Assembly: GCF_018977255.1 (NCBI RefSeq)
Contig: NW_024704746.1
Location: 10,168,001-10,232,000 of the forward strand
Direction: 5' to 3'
Source of the DNA: Callorhinchus milii
Lineage: Eukaryota
DNA: 64,000 nt
Part shown: positions 49,301-60,140 of the stretch, piece by piece
Position numbering within the stretch: position 1 is the stretch's first letter
Layout: each line of letters starts with the position of its first letter
The notes under the pieces: generated by a model
What the model was told of the DNA's origin: nothing
Seen by the model: only the letters and a program-made list of their open reading frames with translations
Database searches by the model: none
Made by a program: the position numbers and the translations under genes

Positions 49301-52300
49301 AAGACAGATTTCTACAGATGAAGGAACGCTTACTGTATTTGTTTCAAACCGGAGGATGCTTGAAATAATAGGAAAGCAGGAATCTAATAAGTAATCATAT
49401 AATCTCTTTAATTATCAAATAATATTCTGTAAAATTTGCCTAAAATTCTGTAAAAACTGCCTAAATGGTGACTGCTTGACGACTGCCGATGAAATCACCA
49501 TTACCTTTATTATTATGGAAGGATAATTTACTGGTAAGGAATATTGAAATTACTGTTGGGGAATTCTTGGGGCTGGTGGGGATTTTCCCCATCAATTTAC
49601 ATGTTAAAAAATGCCCTGTCTCAATGTCGTGCAATTTGTTGTCAATAGAGTTTGAATTGGACAGTGTTTTACCGCTGAGGACTGTCTTTAATACACTGAC
49701 AGCATGAAGAAAATCCAGGGTCAGTTGAAATACAGTGAGAGCAAATACAAGGAAAGTGAATGAGATTTTAACACTGATGTTTCAAAGAGAAATTACTTTG
49801 ACTGAAAGAAGGTTTTTTCCCCTCTTCACACAGACAGATTTTAAGATGATTTAAACCCACGGTCAGCAACACTTAGCTATTAGGGATTTCAGCCAAATGA
49901 AAAAAATACTGGTGGGTAGTTGAATGCATGTATCACAAGCTGCCTTTCCTTTATTGTGTGGTAAGCAGGCCCTTTTGGTGATGTGACGCAAAGGGGCTGA
50001 AGCCTGAATCATACACTGAGCTAGCAGTGTGGGGGCTTATTGCTGATCTGCATAATTGTGCTGGCAATGTCAATGCGTCATTCAGTCAGAGTGCGAGGTT
50101 CTCCTGAGTATTATTTTCATTGAAGTTTAAAACTGGGTCTAGATTTTCACCCACAAAATATGCAATCAATCCATTTTATCCTGTGAAGCACTTTGAGATA
50201 TCTCAATGTCGTGATAAGGCACTATATCAAATGCAAGGATTATTATTATTGTTGTTTACATTTCTCTGTAGGAAATTAAATAGGAATTGTCCTCCTTCAA
50301 GAATCGAAATGGCAATATTCAAAACTTTCTGAGGAGATTTCTGAGGAAATTCTAGGATGTTAAAGATTGTAGCTGAAATTGAGTTTTATTAAAAGGATTC
50401 TTTATTATTTTTTGACTAATGTTGACCATGCAAAGAGGACATAGATCAAAGAGCCTGGTGCTATTTGTGAATCAAATTCTATGAAAACTCCCAACGTATT
50501 GCACTCATTGTGTGGTACAGTAACCTTACAGTGTGTACAAAGTTCTGATCTTATAGTGTTAGAGCACGTCACTGCTTATATTATTGCTTCTTTATGATCT
50601 GCCAAAGTTCATTTGTTTAAAACCCATTGCTTCACAGTAGAGTTGGCAATCACCTTTTTTTTCCTTTTTTGGTCCTAGATTCAAGGAAATAAGAATAGAA
50701 CGTGATCACTGGCAATCTACAATCTCTTCTGAATGGCGAGTGGTAAAATGTTGTGGGGGTGGGGGTGGAGAAGCATGAGGAGGAATCAAATTTTAATCCA
50801 AATTGTATGATAACTAGTTCACTCTAGATTCAGAAGTTGTCTGAGCTCTCTGTCTCCCTTCTTGCGAATGTTGGGGAGTTTTCTTCCACCAACTCTTTTG
50901 AGCAAACATTGTCATTCTGCTCATGTTTGTTCCCATTTGAGTCACTTGGCTTTGTTCTCATCTGCTGCCATAGTTTCCTGTTTATATTGTGGTAATAGTC
51001 TGAATGAAGCTGTGTTATTACCCTCAGGGGAGAGACAGAATTTATTAAATATTACGGTTCGGGAGCCTGGATTCCATGGTTCTGTAATAAAACATAATCC
51101 ATGCATTTATATTATGTTTGCAATGTCACAACGTCTTGACGCACTTCACATTTGATTGTGGTCAAATGTAGTAGCTGTATTTTCTGCAAATATAGCAGCC
51201 AGCAGGATGAGAGATATAGCACTCCTCAAGCAGGGTAGTGTCCCAGACCACTTGCCAGTGGCAGAGTACAACACTAAACCAGGGTGAGGGGGATGTGACC
51301 GAAGGCATGGTCAAAGAGGAAGGTCTTCAGCCGCAACTTATATTAACAGGGCTATTGAGAATCAGCTTGTGCAAGAGCTGTATGTTTCGAATCTTAAACT
51401 CAACCCCCTGAATGCTGCTCCTTGTACCTTCAAAGCCCAATCTAGCAGGTTGAAGGCCCGGGAACAGACTGCCAGCCACCCTCTTGGTGGGAAGATAATG
51501 TATGATGTGTAGAGACTTAGAGTTGGAGGGAAAATAGAGCAATACCAGAGACTGGGTGCCCTGATTGAGAAGACTCCAAGTGTTGGAGTTTTACCAGCGA
51601 GAGTCTACATAAATACTTGGATTTTTACATACCTATGAGCGGAAGCTGCACCAGGCCACACTGCTGTTAAGTTCTCCGAGATGCTACCCATGTGAAGGGC
51701 ACTATATAAATGCAAGTTGTTGTTGAAAACTTGATCAGCTGTTAAAATAATTGTAGAATTCTTCATTAACAGAGAATATTGTTACACAGTACACAAGTAT
51801 TACATTTGCAGGTGGGGGAACAGACGAATATCCATCATTCCTTAATACTCAGTGGAAGACGCATAGTTTAAAAGTTGACTTTATGTATCTTATCAAACTT
51901 AAGAAGAGTAATTGATCTGTTTGCTTTGGTCAGTCGGATGGATGCCTTGATACATGTGGAAATCCATCACTATAGGAACTGAGGTTTTACAAACTCACTT
52001 TTCTGTGTCCTTTTAAAAACTATAATCCGAATACATCTGTATGCGATTCTCTGAGCATTTCAGTGGACGAGTGCTTGTTTAAAGAAAAATGCTTACAGAT
52101 TATTTTGGCTCTTGGAAAGTTGACTGCCTGCAGAGCATGTGCTGAACACATTAGACAACATGTGGACGGGAAGTGTCTCAGTCAGAATAGCCGCTTGTGA
52201 CCCGGGAATGATCTAAGATTTCCAGCTGGCAGGCGGTCAGTTTAAATAATAATAAGTCAATTTAAAGCTCGACTAGAGGACCACTGTTTGGATGTTTAGC

Positions 52301-54118
52301 TATGAATGCGATGCCGTAATCTTTAGCCCACTGAGTAATTTGCGGGTGAAATCTATATCTTGGCATAAATGAAAGCTCGTTAAAAATATTAAGGTTTAAG
52401 TTTTAAACAGTGCAATTCAATCTGTATCTGCGAGCCCAGAACAGCAGAGCAAGAGGACGCAGGTTTAGTGGTGCAAAGGGCAACTTCAGGGCAAACACCA
52501 GGAAGTATTTACAGTGTTTACCTCATGAATAGAACAGGTTGCCGGGAGGATGGTTGAGGCTATGACGTTCAGACTCTTAAGAAACTGCTTGATGCTGTAA
52601 TGGGAGGACAGTTGGGTGGATATTCTGCAAAGCAGGATATCAAATAGATTGGCAGGCTTTTTTTTATCGGAGCCCGTTTTATGATCTTGTTGCAAACACG
52701 TGTTGCTAATGCTATTCTCTTCAGCTGCTTATTCCTTTCATTTTACCATTAAGGTGCCTCCAGTCTATATCCTACTTGGGCGTTGCTGTAATTTTAAAGT
52801 TAGGGTCTTTGCAGCTTCTTGTGCATTACCAAGGAAGATGTGGAGAATAAATTAATCCCCGAGATTCACAACCAGTTAACTGATCTGCCCTTCTATTTCA
52901 TGGTCAACATTGCAGGTGCTTTTTTTTTTAAGGTGGTGGATATTAACATGCTGCAGAAGAGCTCATGACCTCAAAGTTAAGTCCATCTGTGGCTGTACCA
53001 GAGATGACATTTAACCCGTTAATCTCTTTGGTTTGGATGATGCATTTAAATGCTGGGGCATGTTTTTTCTCAACCACTGTGATCAAAAGATCACAACTTG
53101 AGTTTGGTTGAAGAAGTCCCTTCAGCCGATTTGCTATCCTTCCAGATAGCCATTCTATCTACCGTCTTCAGATCACAGCATCAAGCTGTTTTTTTCAAGA
53201 ATAAAATAGCCAAGCAATTAAGATAGGTAGGCACTTAGGTAGGGGAGCAGAAGTTTTCTCACCATTAATCATATGCTTTCCTTTCAAGCATGTTTTTGTC
53301 TAGTTGCTAGATCGAGAAACAGGTATTTTATGGGTGAAGCAGTGCAGTGCTTTGATGTCCAAATGGCCTTGATTAGAATTGTAGAATTCTCTACTTGAAG
53401 GGCCATCTATCAGCCTGGAGGAGAGAAGTCTTCAAATCAAACAGTTGTTACATTTTAAGGAAAATGCGTACCCATATTCTCATGCTTTCCCCAGGAATGA
53501 GGTGGTTTAGACCTTAACATGCACGTTTTGTAATCAGAGAGATGGTTTTGATCAACAGTAATGTGGTAGTGATGTTTCTGCGGATATCAACTCTGGTGTG
53601 TAAAATTCCTGCAGCTTGATCTGTTTATACAGGATTATTTTTTCCTTGTTGGTTCTGTTTTTATGGGGGTAGGGGAGGGTGGGGGTGTGTGGAGTGGGGG
53701 AACAACTGACTGCATTAAATCAGGTCACCCGAGAAAAACAAACTGAATAGAAAATCCAGCAGCTCTATTTTTTAATTCTTAAAAAAGTTTTTCTTCCCTT
53801 ATAAGGAAGCAAAAAGATAAAGAATTTGGGTTTAACATTTTCAAGTAACTCACTGTATGTATGTATGTATGTACAAGTGTACTATAGATAATACTTCAGA
53901 GCGTACAGCGACTGCTAGGACAAAACAGACTAGCATTGTTGCATTATTTCAACTGATTTTATCTCCTTTCACCCAGAGATATTAAAAACATCAAGCATTT
54001 GTGCAAAAAAGCCAACGATCTGCCTTCTCTCCAACATATTACAAATCTCAAAGTTTGTTTTTTTACGTTTTGGAAAATGACAACAGTGCTTAGGAATGTT
54101 TTGATATATTGAGATTTT

Positions 54119-54424
54119 TTTCTCTCTCGCTCTCTCTCTTGCTTGATGAAATGTAAGATTGAAATATCTTTCCTGTCTTTTCTCTTATTTTCAATGTTGA
54201 CACAAAAACATCTGAAAGGCTCGTTGTGGAACGGATTACTGTATTGTGCACTTTCAGTTTGTTTAAGGATTAATCCGATTTAAAAACGACACAAGAGCAA
54301 CAAAGGAGCACTTGTGTCAAATCTGCAAAGGAGACTGTTATAAATATGAAGTAGTCCCTTGGCACCACAAGGATAGCTGTTTTTCTTCTCTCTCTCTCTC
54401 GCACACGCTCTCTCTCTCTCTCTC
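54119..54424. repeat. (CT)n microsatellites upstream of the candidate exon at 54786; other simple repeats: (GT)n at 21036, 22631 and 62721, (GA)n at 24273, (TATG)n at 53855
   Basis: Direct reading of the sequence. Confidence 0.85.
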
Positions 54425-54785
54425 ACACTGCTCGTAGAGTAGGAGTCGCACAGTTTGTGTGGGAGCACGGTGCAGATTAAACCAGCTCAGCAGTGTACTT
54501 CCTCCAATTGTTTCTGGACATCTCCCATTAAGGTTGGAAAGGGGGAAAAAGCACAAGCCTTTTCTGGCCCTTGACAGCTTTCATCGTGGAAGAAGACTTA
54601 TTTTTGTGGACCTCTCCGGTAAACTCTGGCTGCTTTTGATCTCCGAGCACAGTTTGTTTTCAACGGAGACAGCGAGATATCTGGTGAAAGTCCACGCTGC
54701 CTGGAGGATGACTTGCTCAAACTCCACTCTACGTGATTCTGGCTATGGCTCATGCTGAGGCAAGTGCGGAATATGGTCCAAAAGT

Positions 54786-54806
54786 ATGGCTTATTTCCCT
54801 TTGTTG
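54786..54806 (+). CDS. Candidate alternative first coding exon (MAYFPLL, phase 0), possibly RGL1
   Basis: agtATGg (strong Kozak)...TTG|gtgagt (consensus donor), preceded by about 400 nt of repeat-free, UTR-like sequence and (CT)n tracts. Confidence 0.35.
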
Positions 54807-57104
54807 GTGAGTACTGGCATAAGGCAAAAAAAATCTGATTAAGGAAAGAGTGAGTTCTTGGAAAAACACTGGTTTTGCTTTGAGACTTCCAACTATTTGT
54901 TTAAAATGAACTTTTAAAACGCTTTATGAGATTTGCTGACTACAAGAGAGTTACTAGCATTTTAAGGTTGTTTAATTTTAATGGGAACTATACATATAGC
55001 ATTTTATTTAAATGGAAACTATACGTTTACAACCTACATCTGTAATGTGGCAAATCTTTCCATGTACCACATATTTAGAAATGGGCTTTTTTTAAATGTA
55101 TTTCAAGAATACTCTGAATTTAATGATCTTCCTTTACTTAGTAACAAGAGATGTGGTAATGGATTTATTGTTCCTAATCTCTTTGCTGATTTAATGCAAA
55201 GTTAATATGGTCTTGTTTTGTGCATTTGGGTGAAAATTTACCTGAGTATTTTATGCATATGCATAAGTGTGACTGTATACCTTGGATCAAAACTTTGAGT
55301 GTACTTCATAACCCCAGAAAAGCTTTTTACCAAGATGTTCATGTGCTACGTTTTACATTTTTTCCATAAATATTGAATGTATCCTGGGACGCTGCATTGC
55401 GAATGTAAATTCCTAACCGGCACACTGTAATATTGGCAGAGAATCTGCATTCACTTAAAATGGAAAAACTATCTCCTAAAACTATTCTTTATTGAATGAT
55501 GCTATGCTGTTCTACATCTGTGCTTGGCATTTTGGTGATGGATGGAAAGCGATTGGTTGGAAGCCAAGTATTTCATATACTTGGTATTTTCCTGATTTAG
55601 CTTGAATATCCTGTGTTTGACAAGATCAGCGATGTATTAGGGTCTTTAGAAGGTTGGAGTTTGACTCACTATTGTGCTGTCGGTTGGCTTTTCAGTGTGA
55701 CCTGGTGAAAGTTGCTTCCTTTTAACGGTGCAAGTTCACCATTGTTCATGTCACACTTGCCAGGAAGTTCCTGGAACAGTTGAAAGTGCTGAGTTTTTTT
55801 TATTTCTCTGCTGTTATGAAGTATATTCCTCAGGGAGAAAAAATTTCGACCTCGAGTGCTCCACAGTGCCGCACGTCAGGAAATAATGTGCAAGTGCTTA
55901 TTGTGCGCCGAACTATGCCATGGTTCGTGTTGGGTTTCTCAGTTCAATGGGGTGTTTTGTGAAAGGGGTTTGTGCGCGGGCTTGCATCAGACAAAATAAT
56001 CTAGTCCTTGTTTTGTGAACAATATTTACTGCTCAAGTTTTCTGGGAGTGCTTTGTCCATGAGGAATGTACTCTTTAATGCAGCTCTTGACCCCCCCCCC
56101 CCCTTGATCCAGCTGGTGGTGTAAAGAGCTGTGCAAAGTCCAGATCACTCCAAACACTGACTGGTCACTCACTCCATGGCTGTCTGTGGGGCAAATTGGA
56201 TACCACATTTCGCCCACAAAATACAGTCAATCTACTTAATATATTCTCTGAAGTGTTTTGAGACATCTCAACGACATGATAAAGCTGTATCAAATGCAAG
56301 TATTATTATTAAGCACAACAGCGAAACTGTAATAAATTTGGTGCGAATTAAAAACCTTTTAGCCAAATGATCTGTTCGATTTTTCAATCTGAAAATTCTC
56401 TAATGTCACTTGAATCATTGTCCGCTTGCTGAATCATTTCTGAAGACTCTAGGAGAAGTTGTAGTTTGTCATAAAATGACAGTCAAATCTTTTGTGAGAG
56501 TGCTTAACACAAGAATAAGGTGTGCAACAGCACATGAGAATCTTTGATCATCACTAGGTCAGTCAACGGTCAACAGTTGTACTGAAATTGTAGAGAATTA
56601 ACCAGCCAAAGATCTGAAAAGGAGAAATATAAAAAGGTTTGGGGAAAAGAAATTACGATTAAATGGATAATAATAATCCTTGCATTTGAAACGGCACCTT
56701 GCATGTTGAAAGGATTTTTGAGTGGTTCATAGAGTATCTTATAAAGTGATGTAACTGTGCATTTTGTAGGCGATAGCTCTTTCAGAGAGACCCATGGGCA
56801 CGATGACAATCTTGTGTGCTCTATATTTCTATGATTCTAAATGATTAGTACGTAAGCGCAGTGGTCGAATGAAAGATGCCCAGCTTTAAAATAATCTAAA
56901 ATAAGCATTCGGACCTGTGTAGTTGCTTGGAACTTGTCGTGTTGGAAGTGTATATTTGATCTTTTGCATTCTTGTGTATCGGTAACCAGGCTATAAAAAG
57001 TAAGCAAGTTTTATTTTTTGGTTCTGAGTCATTTTCCTTGCTGATTGTAAGTGGAAAATTGACCCAGAAGTAACTTGATACTGTGCTAAGGTCATTAAAA
57101 TGCT

Positions 57105-57420
57105 GAGCTTTGACAGGGAGGATAGGGAGAAATTATTTCGGTGGTCAGTGAGCTGGAGACCAGCATCAATTTAAGATGATTAACAAACGGAAACGATTAG
57201 GAGAATTTTTTTTATTAACAGAGTAGATAAGATATGGAATTTCCTGCAGGAACAGTAGTTGAACAGCTTTTAAGAGGGATGTACAGATATCTGAAAAGGA
57301 GTCATTTCCAGGGGAATGGAGAAAAGATAGGTAGAGAAGACCGATTAGATTGCTCTTTCAAAAAGCCAGCAGAAGCATGATGGGGCTGAATGACCTCCTT
57401 CTGTGCTTTAAACTTTTATA
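57105..57420 (+). mobile_element. CR1/HER1-like LINE 3' fragment
   Basis: ttgacagggaggatagggagaaattatttc...gagtagataagatatggaat...gcatgatggggctgaatgacctccttctgtgct, typical of a chondrichthyan CR1 3' end. Confidence 0.7.
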
Positions 57421-58489
57421 GTGTGGTTGCTGAGTTTACGGTCCTGGAGAGATTGACTGTTTACCAATGCGCTAGTCCCACATTCCCATTGTCCATTTCA
57501 AACTCCAACAATCCTGGTTATCTTTGCATTTGAACTATATAGCAGGAAGGATAAGATTCCAGGTTGGAGACCTGCCCAAGGAGAGAGAACTTACTTTTCC
57601 TTGGTTGTGTTATCAGCATCTCATAGTGCTTCCTAAATAATTACTGTGACTGTTTCTGGAAACAAAGGTGGCAATCCTTTGTACCAGCAAATCCCCAGGA
57701 GATAGCCATGAGGTGAAGGATCGCAAGCAAGGAGAATGGAGAGAAACTCCTTTCGAATAGTGCCACAGGATCTTTAACGTGCACCAAAACAGGCAACAGG
57801 CAGGAGAAAGGGAAGCCAGCCTTTGCTGTTAGTGGTGTTTGCAGACATATTGGATTGTTGAAAGATACAGCTGCAACATCTGATTCCAGTCATAGACATG
57901 CAATTCCCTCTTTGGCTTGTGCTACAGCTGGACTGTTGAAAACTAACAAATCCTTCCCCCAGGACGGATAAGCCTTACCAAGGGTACTCAGAGAGACACA
58001 GCCGGAGATTTGTGTGGCACGAACAGATATTATTTGGAGTCGATCACCGGGAAGTTCCAACAGGCTGAGAAGCAAATGTTCTCCTATTCAACAAAGGTGA
58101 TGTAACCATAAACTGACAACTGTAGACACTTAAACCTGGCCTGAATAATTGGAAAAATGAATTCATCAGAAAGAAAATAGATTACTTGTGTAAAAAGAAT
58201 CTAATAAGCGACAGTCAATACGGATTCAGAAAGGGCAGATGTCTGACCGACTAGGGATCATACTCAGGATCATGTTTTAGAGCACCTTTTCCCTCCTTCA
58301 CAGCACCCCCAACCCCCCCCCCCCCACCCCCATCCCAGTTATATGAAGAGCTCTGAGACATCTACCTGATGTGAAAAGCACTACCTTAATGTAAATTGGT
58401 GTCTAATCCTAGAGAAGGCAAGAACCAAATAAAGACTGTGTGATTCAAGGCTTCTGTCAGGTGTGGCTGGCGTCCAACTGCAGTGCAAA

Positions 58490-59151
58490 ACAACACAACA
58501 ACAACAACAAGATTCCATTTATAGAGCGCCTTTCACATCGGGAGGAAAACGTCCCAAGGCGCTGTACAGTTGGGTCAGGACCCGAGCAGGGGGGAAATGG
58601 TCAGGGTGAGGGGAGGGGAGAGAAGGGAGGGAGCGAGGAGGGGGTAGAGAGTCGAGAGGGGAGCTGAAGGCACGGTCAAAGAGAAAGGTCTTGAGACCGG
58701 CCTTGAAGGAGGAAAGGGAGGAAGCGGCGAAGGCACTGGGGGATAGAGTTCCAAAGCCTAGAGGCTGAGAGGCTGAAGGCCCGGCCACCGATGGTGGGGC
58801 GGTTGGGGCGGGGGATGTGGAGCAGACCGGAGCCAGAGGAACGGAGGGTACGGGCGGGTAGGTAGGGGGATAGTAGTTCGGAGAGGTAGGAGGGAACAAG
58901 GCCGTGAATGGCCTTGTAGGTGAGGATAAGGATCTTGAATTCGATCCTCTGGGGGATGGGGAGCCAGTGGAGGCGAGCGAGGGTGGGAGTGATGTGGTCC
59001 CGAAGCCTGGTGCGGGATAGTACACGAGCTGCAGAGTTCTGAATGACCTGCAGCTTGTGGAGGGAGGTGCTGGGAAGGCCGGCGAGGAGAGAGTTCCCAT
59101 AGTCCAGCCTTGAGGTGATAAAGGCGTGGACCAGAGTTTCAGCAGCGTGAG
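58490..59151 (-). mobile_element. L2-clade LINE, 5'-truncated copy of the same young family
   Basis: AAETLVHAFITSRLDYGNSLLAGLP...LARLHWLPIPQRIEFKILILTYK...GGRAFSLSASRLWNS. (CAA)n tail on the + strand at about 58490-58510. Confidence 0.93.
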
Positions 59152-59651
59152 TTTGAAAGAGACGAATAGTATTTTGCTTAAGACGTATTTTGGTTAAGCA
59201 CAGGTAACTGATGTTCATTTAGTGTACTCAGCATCAGGGTTTATTTTGAGAGAGTGAATGAGACTTGGCTGTCGTTCTCCTGAATTATGGATCTTCCGTG
59301 CTCATTAACTCCAGTTGTGTCCCACTACCAATTTGTTCCTCACAGATCAGTGCCAACAGTGGTAACTGCCAATACAAAGATCTTCGTAACTGCTACTCCA
59401 ATGGCCAGGATTCACGGTCTTTAATCTGATAGTTGACCCATGCAGCCAGACCCGGAGGGGAGAGATGCAATGCAGTTCTTTCTTGAGACTGTAAGTGGTG
59501 CTGTTTTACAAACTTCATTGGGCCAACATTGAGGAGTTGCTGAATTTGTATATTACTTTAGTAAAATATAAGTCTGAAACACGTGTGAGAGAAGAGCAAA
59601 CATACCTTGGAGTCTGAAATAATCTGAAATATATATACATAATAATATAAT

Positions 59652-59974
59652 AATATAATAATAATCCTTGCATTTGATATAGCGCTTTTCACGTCAGGAG
59701 GACGTCCCAAAGCGCTTCACAGAACACACTGTAAAGTGAATTGACTGTATATTTGTGGGCGAACGCGGCAGCCAATTGCGCACAGCAATGTCCCACAAAC
59801 AGTCATTGATTGAAAATGACCAATTTAATTATTGTTTTTGTTTTTTGGAGGGATTATTATAAGTCGTGTGGAGTAAGGAAACTTGCCCAAGGTTTCGCCC
59901 TCTGCCTGGAATTGAACTCAGGTCTCTCACTTGCAAAGCGAGTGCTCTAACCACTGAGCTACATACAGGACTCC
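59652..59974 (-). mobile_element. tRNA-derived SINE, near-identical sister copy of 8040-8358
   Basis: Shares diagnostic segments (gaacacactgtaaag; ctctgcctggaattgaactcagg) with the 8040 copy, with only scattered differences. Confidence 0.88.
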
Positions 59975-60004
59975 ACGTTTGAGTGAAGTGTACCTTTTTT
60001 TGGA

Positions 60005-60140
60005 AGGGTTTTGACAAAGGGTCGAAGACCCAAAATGTTGACTCACTTTCCTTTCTCCATAGATGCTGCCTGACCTGCTGAGTGTTCCCAGCTCTCTCTG
60101 TTTTTGTTTCAGATTTCAGCATCTGCAGTATTTTGTGTTT
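60005..60140 (+). mobile_element. Penelope-like element terminal-repeat remnant with degenerate hammerhead motif
   Basis: ttgacaaAGGGTCgaaGACCCaaaatgttgac followed by tagatgctgcctgacctgctgagtgttcccagc...ttcagatttcagcatctgcagt, recalled as a Penelope-type end common in fish and shark genomes. Confidence 0.55.

Noticed and set aside
49928-49966. Another phase-0 ATG-to-donor micro-ORF (MYHKLPFLYCV|gtaagc)
   Set aside because: No resemblance to RGL1/RALGDS N-termini. It shows such patterns arise by chance, which is why the other candidate exons carry modest confidence.
52522-52700. Minus-strand donor (GAG|GTAAAC) as the APOBEC4 non-coding first exon
   Set aside because: The supposed exon is a CR1 3' remnant similar to 5470-5560, so there is no independent support.
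53665-53700. G-quadruplex-like G-run clusters (also about 38640-38680 and 60395-60425)
   Set aside because: Common in vertebrate introns, with no specific context supporting function.
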